A DNA stretch of 64,000 nt from NCBI GenBank assembly GCA_965113315.1, contig OZ220375.1. The stretch is one strand, 5' to 3'. Under the pieces are notes generated by a model. That model had not been told where the DNA came from. It saw only the letters and a list, made by a program, of their open reading frames with translations, and made no database searches. The position numbers and the translations under genes are program-made. Shown here piece by piece: positions 50,701-63,180 of this stretch (positions within the stretch are counted from its first letter, which is position 1; every line of letters starts with the position of its first letter). Source of the stretch: Podarcis vaucheri (Eukaryota).

Positions 50701-51977
50701 TGAATATAAAATGTCCTAGTCCCATTGATGTCTGGCAGCTCCGGGTAGGGCTGGGAAAGACCCTGCTCTCAGAAATCCCAATAAGCAACTGGCAGTTAGC
50801 ACAAGACTGAGCTAGATGGATCAGTGGTCTGGCTTGGTGAAAGACTTGCCCCAATTCGCTGGAGTAGAACTGATCAAATGTGAAGCTACAGCACTTTAGT
50901 GAGATACCACAAGTTAGGCAGGGTCTTGTCAAACCCAGGCTCAGCAGCCACAAACCTGACAGTACAAACTGGGGAGGAAGAAAGCGCTCGCTGGATTCAG
51001 AGCAGACTTATCCTAGCTGCCTGTTTTATGAATGTCTGGGCCAGAAAGTCTCACAGCACTGTGAGAAATGCAGAAATCATCCACAGCTGTAGTTGTCTAC
51101 AAAGCTTTTAAACATGTCCCTAAACACTCTTCAACTGATATGGAGTTATGTCCACCTGTGGATAAAGTGTTTTTTTAAAAAAACAAAAAAAACTGTGTGA
51201 ACAGGAAGGGACTAAATACCAATCCTGAGGTTACACTGCCCTCTGTTGTCCACAAAGGAGACTGCAGATGAAGAAAAGACAAACCACTTTTTCACTCTTT
51301 AGGGGTGCTTCCAGACTCACTCTCATTATTTTGGGGTGGGATTCAGCAGTGGCGGACTTTGGGCTTTCAAATTTGAGTGGAGTCCTGTGCAACACCAAAA
51401 TTTGACACCCCCTGCCTCTCGCCTTCTGTTTTAAGTCATTGTTCTGACACCCCCTGCGGTACCCTCTCTGCTCGACATTGTTCAGTGAGGAACACTTCAC
51501 AAATGATGAAACTCCTACATGGGAGTCACTGCTGCCTAGGCATTTCTGTGAAATGTGCATAGATTGTCATGCATTATGATTTGAAACATGTGACATATGC
51601 TATATGTGCATGTGGTGGGAAGACATGATTCGCTGCAACTTCCCACGATATGTTGTATTGCATACATATATTATGATTATGATTGTAATTTTCATTGAAC
51701 TGTTTGTTCCAAACCACTTTTACTATTATATTTTACATCAAGTATGTAAATTTGAAAATTGGCAGGGGGCAGCAAAAATTACATCCAACAGGACAGGAAC
51801 AGATATATGCAGACATATCTGATGTGTTCGCGCATGTGCATCACCCTTAATAACTGGCTACACCAAGACAATTAAACTAGCTTAATTTTTTATTGCCAAT
51901 ATGCCATCATAACTGAGGGGGAAAGGGCAGGTCTTTGGGGAGCTTTGTAGTTTTGCAGAAATTCCACTGGCTGGCAA

Positions 51978-51993
51978 CAGCGCCCTCTGCTGG
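51978..51993 (-). promoter_or_regulatory. CTCF core motif
   Basis: Minus strand reads CCAGCAGAGGGCGCTG, a near-perfect CTCF consensus. Confidence 0.7.
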
Positions 51994-52386
51994 GCTCAGG
52001 CCCTCCTATGAAGCACAGCTGCCCCTACCAGAGCCAAGCTTTTTTCTGCCCACTTCCTAAAGACTCCTTGAGACTCCACACCCAGTAACATTGCAGTATG
52101 TACCCCTCTCCTAGTTGAGCTGCCACCCCTTCCCCACAGCACAGGAAGAGAAAGACAGAATGCTACCAAACACAAACTCTGGAGAGTGGATTGGAACGAG
52201 CTCTTGTGATTACTGGGATGGGAAGTGGCTGCAATGCAGGAGGGACGGGACCTGCAGCTCTCCAGTTGGACTCCCAGTTCCTATTATCCTTAGCTAGCAT
52301 GGCCAATGGTGAGGGATGATGGGAGTGGGAGTCTAGCAATCCCTAGAGCGCAACAGGTTTCCAGTCCCTGTTCTGGTGGATCAGAT

Positions 52387-53392
52387 GGTTGGTTGGCATC
52401 CATCTGTCTCAGAAGACCACCGCCTTCGGGGGTGAAGTCAAACCGCTGGACAGTTACAATGCTGTGGCTGTAGAGAATGATACAGGAGAGACATGTTTTG
52501 TTGCATCTGGGGCAGATGAAGGCATCCAGTTGTGCTATTGCAGATGCACCACGGCGTTTCTTCACTCTGTTGCTCCTCCCAGTGGTCATTTCTCCTCTGG
52601 TCTCCAGGCACTGCAGTCGTCTGTAAGGGATTCCCACAGGGCAGGGTTGATACTGCCAGCCTTCACGTCATGTTTGCAGACACCTTTGTAATGAAGCCAG
52701 CTCCCCATAGAACATGTCCTTGGGAATCCTTCCATCTTCCATTTTGTGGACATGACCAAGCCAGTACAGATGTGCAAACACGCTGAGAATGTGAGCTTGG
52801 GAGAGCACATCTTTCTTTGTGACTCTGTCCTGCCATGTGACGGCCAAAATCTTCCTGATGCAGTGCATGTGGGAAATGTTGAAACATTGCTCCTGTCGCG
52901 TGTAAGTGGCCCACAATGCACTTCCATAAAGCAGCATGCTCAACAAGTAAGCCTGGGTGACCTTCATCTTGGTACAGTGGTACCTCGGGTTAAGTACTTA
53001 ATTCGTTCCAGAGGTCCGTTCTTAACCTGAAACTGTTCTTAACCTGAAGCACCACTTTAGCTAATGGGGCCTCCCGCTGCTGCCGCACCGCCAGAGCACG
53101 ATTTCTGTTCTTATCCTGAAGCAAAGTTCTTAACCTGAAGCACTATTTCTGGGTTAGTGGAGTCTGTAACCTGAAGCGTCTGTAACCTGAAGCGTCTGTA
53201 ACCCGAGGTACCACTGTACTGGATGTAATTCTCCCATACCCTTTAGGAGAGGCGAGCCATTGTCATAGCTCCCTTGCCAATACGCTTGTCCAGCTCAGCA
53301 TCGATGGAGAGGTTGCTGGTTATGCTGGAACCCGGGTAGACAAAACCGTCTACCACCTCAAGCATGTGGTCACCAGAACTGATGCCTGGAGA
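52387..53392 (-). mobile_element. Degenerate RTE-clade LINE 3' fragment (ORF2 C-terminus), split by a MITE
   Basis: Translates to LEVVDGFVYPGSSITSNLSIDAELDKRIGK / LLYGSALW...WQDRVT...WLGHVHKMEDGRIPKD / CPRCNKTC zinc-finger-like end; stops and frameshifts present. Confidence 0.85.
52975..53216 (+). mobile_element. Same MITE family, copy C, nested in an RTE LINE
   Basis: Perfect TIRs CAGTGGTACCTCGGGTTA with TA TSD. Confidence 0.92.
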
Positions 53393-53519
53393 TTACCAAA
53401 AGTGTGTGTGTCGTCCACTCTCCTCCCCGTTTCAGTATGCATGCAAGCTATTATCTGCTGGTGTTTATTATGAAGTTTCCGTTCCAGGCTCTGGAACACC
53501 CTTCTGACCTTCCTAAGCT

Positions 53520-53882
53520 AGTGACTCCGCCCCTCGGCTCGGAAGCCAGAAATAGGAGCTGGAAGTCTCGCTGCTTTCTTCAGTCGAGTCCCAACCCTCC
53601 CGCTTGCCCTAACCCAGCCCAGATGTGGGTGTGGCGAGACTTCCTCCGCCCCCTTTTGTGGCCTTCTTTCCCAGGAATCCTTACATCCACACACGCCAGC
53701 TTACTTTGATCAAAAAGGAAGAAGAAATAAAAACAAAAGATTCTTTTCCTCCCGATCACGCACTACCCACCCCCATCCTCCTGGGATCTGCTCCTGCTCT
53801 CAAAGGTTATATTCGTCTACTCTTTCCGCAGATTTCCCGCTAGGAAGCTAAGCAAATCTATCCACAACACACCCGGAACACC
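53520..53882 (+). promoter_or_regulatory. KDELR1 promoter/5'UTR
   Basis: CpG-enriched, CTCCGCCCC GC boxes (about 53525 and 53644), GGAA ETS cores, directly upstream of accATG at 53883. Confidence 0.7.
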
Positions 53883-53973
53883 ATGAATGTATTCCGCTTC
53901 CTAGGAGACATCTCTCATCTATTAGCTATAATCATCTTGCTGCTGAAGATCTGGAAGACAAGATCATGTGCTG
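53883..53973 (+). CDS. KDELR1: KDEL ER protein retention receptor 1, exon 1
   Basis: [30 protein letters not shown](G)|gtaaga. 91 nt. Confidence 0.97.
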
Positions 53974-55628
53974 GTAAGAAAGAGGGCGTTCCGCTGCTCA
54001 CTCTCTTACGTGGGAATGTAAAATGTTATTTATTCCCGGCCTGAAAGTGATCACATAACAATGGGAGACAACCTGTAATTGACTAGTTTACGCTTGTAAT
54101 TTACTCATGCAATTACTTACTCTCCTTTCCTTTGATGGCTTCAATCGTATGCACGTTTACCAGGGAGTAAGCCCACCTGGAGCTTACTTCTGAGTAACCT
54201 GCCACAGGATTGCATAGTGACAACTTAGCTTTATTTTTTAGCTATTGGTTTATTAAAATTAAGCAATTTCCCTTTATTTTTTTCCAGGTTTCTATTTCAG
54301 GAACTGAAAGACAGTCCTGTTGCAATTCTGTTTTCTTCCTGACTTGGAGATTTATGAAATGTAATTTTTAAAAATGTGATACTGGGTTTTGATAATAGAA
54401 AAGTTATTTCTTGCCTGTCGTTGAAACATCATGCACAACAAAATCTGTTTTCATAAAGAATGCAGAACCATATAGCTGGTTATTATTTGTTAAACCTTTC
54501 CTTTGCTAAATAGTTCCTTCTCAAACTACAGACACTTGAGTCTGTGGATGTTTACTTGAAGTCATGCCCCACTTTGCTCAGTGAGGATTACTTTTAGGTA
54601 ACTGTGCATAAATTTTGCAACCTTAAAGATATGGAAATGTCCACCCTTTATCATTTTAAAAGTTTTCAGATAGTAGATTTAAACATCTATTTCCATATCA
54701 TCTTAAGAGTTCGTATAAACTTCAGTAATTAAGGAACTTTACTAATGTTGTGAGTTTGCTTTCTCTTGAACGATGCCCCTGACTCCATATAAGGCAGCTT
54801 CCTATGTTCCTAAATGTGTTTGGGAGTTTTCCTTACAGGAAAAAAAAAATGATTTTGTTAAAGCTGGTGGCTGATTGTGGAATAATTTTTTCTATGTGTA
54901 GGATCTATGTATCTGTGTTGAATTCAACTTGTCCTTTAAAAGGAGATATACCATTCATCTTTTATAGCAATGCTTTATAACTAAAACATAGTATATGAAG
55001 CTTGCTTTTAGGAAAGGTTACCTCCCCTTGCCAAAGTAGCATAGTTATCCTGGCCAGGCATGGGTTAATTGGCCTTTGGGGTGGGGAAGAAAGCTATAAT
55101 GAGGGGGGATCAAAGTGGAAGTTTTAATTTTATCCTTTGTGGAATTCAATGGGGAGAAGCTGGTTGCATGGAATTTGACAGAGGCTGGATGATGACGTGG
55201 AATATAGTTCAGGCTAGACTGGCAAAGTTTATTAGGTCTCCTCCTCCTGAAAAAAAAGAATCTGGTTTTCTAGTTGTCTGGGTGGTCTGTAGAGAGTAAA
55301 AGGATTGGGTGGAGGGAAGCCAGAGGCCCTGCACATGTGTGGATTTCCTCAGGCCTGAATAGGAAACTTCCTCCTGCTGGGCAGAACTGGGAAAGGCCGT
55401 GGATTATATCATGCATTAGGCCCAGTCGGAGATGCATCCCAGCACACTACCATCCTGCCTCTGTGGCTCTTTTGGATTATTTTTATTCTGTGCGTATGCC
55501 TATGTATTTTTTGTGTTGAGGCTTGAGCGGTTGTGAGGCTGGATGGTGAAATCCTGAAGAGTTTGTTTAATTCTTCATTATTTTTTAGTTGATCCTAATA
55601 AATATATTGATTACTATATTGTTTTTGA

Positions 55629-55656
<28 letters not shown>
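55629..55656. repeat. (GT)n microsatellite about 100 bp upstream of the KDELR1 exon 2 acceptor
   Basis: Read directly. Confidence 0.95.
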
Positions 55657-55661
<5 letters not shown>

Positions 55662-55752
55662 TATTGTGAATGAACATGGCTACTTTAAACGTTTGTTATT
55701 TCACAGAACCCTTGTGGTTATGAGTTTCACTGCCCTGTGCTTCTCTGTGCAG

Positions 55753-55853
55753 GGATTTCTGGGAAGAGCCAAATTCTTTTTGCCATTGTCTTCACCACTC
55801 GGTACCTAGACCTCTTCACCAACTACATCTCCTTGTACAACACCTCCATGAAG
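55753..55853 (+). CDS. KDELR1: KDELR1 exon 2
   Basis: tgcag|(G)[33 protein letters not shown]|gtactg. 101 nt. Confidence 0.97.
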
Positions 55854-56745
55854 GTACTGGCTTTGACCATGCGTTAGATGGGACTGGGTGGAAGGAGAGC
55901 ATAACAGGCTTGGATGAAGTGTGGGTCTGGCATAAATCAGAGAGAAAGGGAAATGTTTAGGTAGGAGAGAAGGCCTTGTTCTCAGCTTCTACCCCTCACT
56001 CTGCCTGAAACACCTTGACACCACAGTTGGTTACAGTAGTAGGAGATAGGATAAGGCAGGCTGCACTTCTGTGCCCACTTACCTGGGAGTAAGCCCCATT
56101 GAACTCAATACAATTTACTTCTGACTAGGTAGAGTTGCACTGTTCAACTGTGACATGTGCAAGCCTTTGTACTCAGAAGTAAGTCCTGCTGAGCTCAGTG
56201 AAGCTTATCTCCAGGTATATGTGTGCAGGATGCAGTTGTAAAATGTTGATATAAGAGGAAGCAAACTTTTGAGTTCTGCAGGGCACTTCATCAGGCGGAA
56301 TAATTATAGTCTAAGACTTTGAAGTCTTTCTGCCCCATATTTCTGGACAAGCTTAACGACAGCATATTATTATACCAGAAGGTTAAAAGCAAAACAGTGA
56401 ACTAAAACTTTGAAAAAGAGTACTGAAAAGTACGTTACAGAACATACTGAGAAGATCTACAAGCCTGGTGTACCACTTTTCAATGTGAGGCTAGTAGAAT
56501 TAAGGAAAAGGGTGGAAATACATTGTTATAAGGGATTTGGGGTGCATGGGGGAGGTTGGCTGGATGCTAAAGAGGGCTTTTGAATCTAGAAATATGAGAG
56601 GGACTATTTAATTTTTAAGACAGGTTTCCTAGGGATTCTCTGTAACATGATTAGACTATAGGAGGGCTAGTTTACATAAAGAATTGGGGTGGTGGGGTGA
56701 TAGTTGATCTCAGTGATCCCTCTTGATCTATTTTGTCTCCTATAG

Positions 56746-56904
56746 GTGGTTTATATTGCATGCTCCTATGCCACAGTGTGGATGATCTATAGCAAATTCA
56801 AAGCCACCTATGATGGCAACCATGACACCTTCCGAGTGGAGTTCCTGGTCGTTCCCACAGCAGTGTTAGCTTTCCTAGTAAATCATGATTTCACTCCGCT
56901 AGAG
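56746..56904 (+). CDS. KDELR1: KDELR1 exon 3
   Basis: tatag|VVYIACSYATVWMIYSKFKATYDGNHDTFRVEFLVVPTAVLAFLVNHDFTPLE|gtaatt. 159 nt; residues are KDELR1-type. Confidence 0.97.
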
Positions 56905-58503
56905 GTAATTTAATGTATAGGTTGGTCTTGTTTTGCACTAAGATCCAAGCCCCCAAACGGCTGTCTCATAAAGCAGGGGACGGCAATCTTTTTGGCTCCA
57001 CGCATGTAGGGGTTGGTAGGAGCCACATGCCAGCAAATGTAGCAAGATTCAGTCCTGCCTGTCCACATAGTAACGCATCCATACAGCAGTGTCCAGTTGC
57101 GTGTGCGGAAATGCACAAACCCATGGAGATGAAAGGTATGCAGGGGTGTCCTTCCCTGTGCATTTTACCCCCCCCCCCAAGCGTAATTGAGCCTCTCAGT
57201 CAGAAGTTTGGAAGGCAGGGGGTTTAAAATGCAGAGAAAGGCATGTAGAGGTGACCATCCCGGTGCTGCTTTCTCTCCATTAGGATGGCTGCGTCTGAAG
57301 CCCTTCACCCTGTGTAACCAAATTCACTCTAGTCTAGGCTTGCCATATGTCCTGAAAATTCCTGATGTCATGGTTTTGGGGTGTAAAATGGCGTAAGGGG
57401 GAAATTTTGCTGAATTGGATGTATGACAATGTGATGGGGAAAGCTGCAGAAACAGCACCAAAATCATCGTTTTTGGGTGAGGTTTCCCAAAAAAAGGAAA
57501 GCTCAACAATTTTTAATTTTAATCTAGTCTCTCCCCCACTTCTTGGGTGACCAACTGAGCAGTGGGGGAAAGTGCAGTGTTTCCTGGAGCAAAGCTACAC
57601 AGGGAGCAGTCAGGGACACCAACTTCTGGCACCATTTAGTGTTCTGGCCAAGGGGCACCTATGTCATGGGTTATGTGTTGGCATTGACTTCTTGCAGTTT
57701 GTCTTATTTTGCCTCTGTACTAATTCTCTATATATTTGTTTTCTCTTTTTAGGATTATAGGATTGGGCTTAGTTTTGTTTTCTAAAGCAACAAATAATAT
57801 GTTCAACTGCACTTGTGTGCTTAGGCACAGACAAATAAACCTGAAGTTCATTATTCAAAATTTGTTCCAGTGAGGGGTGGATGGCATTCAAATGGGATTG
57901 TGATGTAGCTGAGACTATATGCTGCTCTGCCAAAAAAGAAATGCAGTTTGTTAAAAAAAGGAAAACATTTCCTATAATTGGAAGGGCAGAGGGACAGAAT
58001 GGCTAGGACTAGAATATTTGTTCTCCAAATTTTGATGGACTACAGTTTCCATTATCCCTGACCATTGGCCATGATGGCTGGGACTGATGGGAGTTGGAGT
58101 CCAATGACACCTGGTCTCTATTTCTGAATTAGGGAGTGGTTTGTATCTCTTGAGTGAGGTACAAGGTTTCGCACACAACACCCAAAGTAAATGCTAGTTC
58201 CGGGCAATCTAATGCAGGGTGCATCTACTCGTTGCAGTATTTCCAGTGGCTAATGATGTAAAAATGAGTTGGGGCAGATATACCCTTAATTTCTGTCCTG
58301 AATCTTGCTGTGCAATAGTAGAAAGTCCAAATAATTCACTTCTCAGCATCTAGAATTCTCAATTTTCCCTTCTTAAAATCCTCAAGCTAATGTTGATATG
58401 GCAGCACAACTTTGAGGTTATTATGGACTGGCCCAGAACTGTTGCTTCATTGTCAGTAATATGTAAATTACAATCATATTGTATCTCTCTTGGATGCCTC
58501 CAG

Positions 58504-58756
58504 ATTCTCTGGACTTTCTCCATCTATCTGGAGTCGGTGGCTATCTTGCCACAGCTCTTCATGGTCAGTAAGACAGGTGAGGCCGAGACCATCACAAGTC
58601 ACTATCTCTTCGCCTTGGGTGTCTACCGTGCCCTCTACTTGTTCAACTGGATTTGGCGTTACCAGTTTGAGGGCTTCTTCGACCTCATTGCCATTGTGGC
58701 TGGCTTGGTGCAAACCATACTCTACTGCGATTTCTTCTACCTCTACATTACAAAAG
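58504..58756 (+). CDS. KDELR1: KDELR1 exon 4
   Basis: ccag|[42 protein letters not shown]...[10 protein letters not shown]|gtattt. 253 nt. Confidence 0.97.
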
Positions 58757-58939
58757 GTATTTTGGAAATAACAGGTGGAAACTAATTTCTTTATGTGATC
58801 ATGTGTATATACGATAAAATGGGAGGCTAGGATTCAAGGCTTCTAGAGCGGAGTGGAATTAGCACAGTGAGTTGGGTGGGAGTCTATCTCAAGAAGATGC
58901 ATATTTTATCTTGAATGAGCAGTGCTGCTGTCTAAAATA

Positions 58940-58955
58940 TCACTAGAGGGTGCTG
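58940..58955 (+). promoter_or_regulatory. CTCF-like motif in KDELR1 intron 4
   Basis: TCACTAGAGGGTGCTG, preceded by a TGCTGT upstream-motif-like sequence. Confidence 0.45.
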
Positions 58956-60066
58956 TACAGCTAGTATCAGGCCTCCACCTCTAGCTTGGAAAGACTTATT
59001 GACACTTTACTAATTGTAAATAGGCAACAAATTAATTAGCTTCTTAGTTCTTTCTCCTTGTGACTGGGAAGAGATGATACAGATAAATATTTCCCACATG
59101 AAGAAGTATAAATGCTAGGAACTTATGCATATACAGTACTGTGAGCACATCTGGTCCAGCTCTGCCAAGTGAATTGACCTACCAGGCATCTGGCTGTCAG
59201 TTATTTAGTTTACTGTGGTAGTTTTACTTAAGTAGGGATGCCTGTTGGGTTTTCTGTCTCAAGAACTAAAATGACGTGGAATATCTCTTGTAGTTGAAAA
59301 TTTAGGCATTTGTTGTTTTTAAAGATAATGATAGGGTATATTTGGGCTGAGTGTATGTGTACACACATTTGCACACCAAATATTGCAGTGTGGAGTGGTC
59401 CTGTTCCCTTCATGTACATCATATTGTGGTCATTGAGCACATGCTTAGATCTCATTGGGCTGTTATGGATTCCCTTCCTGAAATATTTTTTTCCTGCTTC
59501 TGCAAATCTCACGGTTTCCCAGCCTGCTACCTCCCTCTGATCTGCAGCGTCTCCATGGATTTTTGGCTGAAGACAGGAGATTGTATATCCATCACATTAC
59601 GTAAATTGGTTTTGATTGTATTATTATTGCTTCTTCTTACGTTGTGTTTTATTGTATTACAAATTGCATTACTACAACAGACAGTGGAGCAGGGCAATTG
59701 ATTGGATGGGGGCTGCAGACTTTCTGACTCTACCTCTGGCTAATTTTAGCCTCCCATCTACCACCTCTCGTCACACTGTAGTTTGCGGTGCTCTGTGTTC
59801 AAGCAAACTGCAGCATGACGACACTTGCATTTTTATTATATGTATATAATGAGCAGAATTTTCAGATGTGACCATGCATTTTATAGTGCTACTTTAATTT
59901 CAAGGCTATAATTACTATTTCTGGTTGATGCACCTTTTTTTCCAGAGGTTGCTGAAAATATATTTTTCCCTTACCAGAGGTTGTTATATTTTTGTACTTT
60001 CAACAGCTCTACAGCTATAGCAAGACAAAATTCTCCTACATTATTTTTTCTCTTTTTTTTCTTCAG

Positions 60067-60101
60067 TTCTAAAAGGCAAGAAGTTGAGTTTGCCGGCATA
60101 G
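60067..60101 (+). CDS. KDELR1: KDELR1 exon 5 (terminal)
   Basis: Long T tract, ttcag|(V)LKGKKLSLPA-TAG. Total CDS 91+101+159+253+35 = 639 nt = 212 aa plus stop. Confidence 0.97.
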
Positions 60102-60481
60102 TTCACACTGAGCCCATGACAAAGATACTTTGGCCAAGAAGGATGAGGGGAATCCTTCACAGGAAGTTAAAAACAAAGTTTCTGGAGTTTTTTCTTTTTT
60201 TATTCTTACCAACGAAGTTAAGTCACCTGTTGATCTCTTCTTGCACCCTGAACTTTTACCTGAGTGTGATTTGGGTCAAAACAATGGATTGTCCTTCTGC
60301 TCAAGAGACTGATATAGAAGGGGTTAGGTGGGCAACAGCTTGGACTCCAAGCTTATAATGACTACTGCTGGTGATATATAGGTGGTAGGTTTCTCAAGGG
60401 CCCTTTTTATCATTGACCTCACTTTCTATACTTCTGATTCTATTTTGGTAATGAATTGCCACAGCTAGGAAATATTTTTAA

Positions 60482-60508
60482 AACAACAACAACAACAACA
60501 ACAACAAC
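60482..60508. repeat. (AAC)n microsatellite in KDELR1 3'UTR
   Basis: Read directly. Confidence 0.95.
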
Positions 60509-60821
60509 TGGACATCTCCCTCCTCTCACATTGTGCTCATGTTTTGGGCTTTGGGTTGACCACAGCTATGAAGAAATCTGAGTGCCGTGGGTCTATCCAG
60601 ATAAACAGGAGCACTTACAAATTTAATCTATTTTCTTTAGATACTGATTATTTTTCTCTATTTTTAAAAAATATTGCTGGCAAGAAAAGACCACCCTAAT
60701 ACAGTCTTACACTTGCTTCATTTTGAATATTATTTGATGGTTAATTCCTCATCTACTTTAAATAAAACAAGCAACCATTATCCCAATTAATTAGTGCCTT
60801 TGTGGGAGGGATGGGAATTTA

Positions 60822-60860
60822 AATAAAAAGAAATCTGTTTTGTTGCCTGTTTGTACTGAA
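60822..60860 (+). terminator. Probable KDELR1 polyadenylation signal
   Basis: AATAAA at 60822-60827 followed by GU-rich TCTGTTTTGTTGCCTGTTTGT; another AATAAA at 60761. Confidence 0.5.
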
Positions 60861-61745
60861 ATCTTTGTGTTTCTCCTTCCTGTACATTCATCCTCATTTC
60901 CCATGCTATTCTCCTGAACAGTATTGCTGCTTTCTGTCAAAACAGTGGCTGCTTTCCCCCATCTCTTGAAGCTCTCTCTACTCATTGGCTTATATCAAAC
61001 TAAGTTTTACCAGAATAGATTCATTGAAATTAATGGAAAAGACTAACTTTGATTAGTTCATTTCAGTGTGCCTACTCTAAATAAAGCTTAGTTGGATATA
61101 ACCTACTGAGTTTAGTGGGGCTTTCTAAGTTAGCAGGCATACAACTGTAGCCTTAATATCTGTTATGATAAAACACATTTTCTGTAGTTGCCACTTTTCT
61201 CTGGTTCTCAAAAGATGCTGCTGTCTCAGCAAAATTACCTTTTATCGTAGCCAATCAAAATGTCATGTGTCTCCACATGACACTAAAAGGGGCCTTTGAG
61301 CCTCTCTAATGCTATTCTGGCCAGATGTAAATGTTAATGTGAGATGGAATATGGAAGATAAATTGAAAGCATGTTCTAGTCAATTTAAGCTCTCAGTTTG
61401 CCTTGTAGACTGATTTACAGTGTGCTGATGCAAAAGTAAATCTTGCCAAGTTCAGTGGGGCTTACTCCCATGTATGAATATGTAAAGATTAGCGTCTTAA
61501 GCAAAAATGCTATAAATCTCATGTATGAAAGCAGCTTGGAAAATAATTAGAATTACTGGCTTGCAAGTAATGGTATGAGAAGTTTTCTACTTTATTGGAA
61601 ATACTATGCGAACATGTCGTGCATGTTGCTTGGAGGGAGCTCTTCTGTCTCTGCAGATGAGGACATGCACCCACATGCAGATGGATTTTTACATATGGAT
61701 GATTTCTCTTATTGAATTGAGATATATGAAAAATTGCACTCATGC

Positions 61746-61830
61746 TGCAATCCTATGCATACTTTACTGGAAGTAAGTCTTAGTGAACACAGTTGGAATT
61801 ATTTCTGAGCAGACATGCACAGGAGCAAGA
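61746..61830. repeat. ~80-bp palindromic TGCAATCC...TTAC...AAGTAAG repeat family (copies at about 54142, 54537, 56062, 56150, 61425)
   Basis: Recurrent imperfect palindrome clustered around KDELR1. Confidence 0.6.
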
Positions 61831-62961
61831 TGGCATTTCCCCTTAAACTTCTTTCAGCATCAAAGGCAGAAAACTATTTCAAAAATAAGTAAAGCCTAAG
61901 AGTTGCCATAGTTTGAGTGACTAGTCATAGGGCAATGACTAGTAATGTTTTAAGTTCTATACCTTTAATATGATTATCCAGTAGCAGTCATTAGGTTTCT
62001 GTTTTGGTTATCATAACTAGCCAGTTGTTTTCCAGATATTTGTGATATTTAAGGAGCTGTTGCTTGCTACAGAAAGTTAGTAGCTACTTGAAACATTCAG
62101 TAGTCATTACTAGGTAAATTTGAGTCTGTGGCAGCATACACATATAAGCTAATCATTTATATCTTTCACAGAATCACAGAAAAACTTTACTGGATTAGGT
62201 TCTATACTGATACAGCCTTCAGTGGCTAGCATCTATTTGATTACAGTAGCTAGCAAAAGTGCAACAATGGCTATGGAGATAACAACTTCAGGATGTATCT
62301 GTCTGTAGCCTGGTTCAGGCTTAAAATTGTTCATACAAGTCCATATATTAACATTCACAAGGCTTAAACAAGTAGCGTTGAACCAGTACAATGTGGAAAG
62401 GACTGTATCTGAAGTGCTGCACACCAGCTGGGTGGCAGAGGGCAAATGTCACTCCAGTGCTTTCATTATTTCCTTGATTTCTGGGACTGGCAGCCAGAAT
62501 AGCTGCATTTTGCTATATCCAGTTGAGAAAAAAATGTGTGGCAGTTGCACATGCAAATTGTCTCCCTTTTTTGTTATCTCCCCTAGCTGTAATATCATTG
62601 GCTTTTTATGACTGGAAAACAACACATGTGCACAGCTGCCATAGTAGTGCAGTTCATATAGAAGTAGCAGTGTGGGACTATTCTTACAGTTAATCCTGGC
62701 TTTAAAGGGCTAAAATTAACAGCTAGTGCTGCAGAAGCTGGGCAAGCCTAGACAATGGGAATGGTGAGTGGGTGAGCACCCACTTCTTTTGTGAAGCTGT
62801 GGCCCCATGTTCTTATTGTGCTTAGGAGGTGGTTGGTCTCCCTATTTTTCATGGTGCTCAACTTTAGCGGAAACAGATTTACACATATAAAATAAATGTT
62901 CATGTTTGGCAATAAATTCTCTTTCTATCCCCTTTTTATTTACTGTGAAATTAATAATTGC

Positions 62962-63180
62962 TTAGTCATCAGTATTCATTAATGTCAGCCGGTGGGGTAC
63001 AGGAGTGGATGGATAGGAGGCTACACCCACATTTTCAGGGTAACCCATATTGTTTGGAAGGGAAGTGCTAGTGGAAGATGAAAGGGTGGTCAATGCAACA
63101 GATCCTTCATCCAAGGTCCGCTTGTAAGGAACAGGTGGCTCAGCCTGCAGGTTTTTCAGAGCCACATAGGCCAGGTACAC
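62962..63180 (-). CDS. SYNGR4: Synaptogyrin-4, last coding exon (upstream exons right of the window)
   Basis: cccacag|VYLAYVALKNLQAEPPVPYKRTLDEGSVALTTL...RLTLMNTDD-TAA resembles the human SYNGR4 tail (AYLAFQDLRNDAPVPYKRFLDEGGMVLTTL, from memory). Convergent with KDELR1 as in mammals. Minus-strand AATAAA at 62940-62935. Confidence 0.88.
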   Translation of the reverse strand: MYLAYVALKNLQAEPPVPYKRTLDEGSVALTTLSSSTSTSLPNNMGYPENVGVASYPSTPVPHRLTLMNTDD

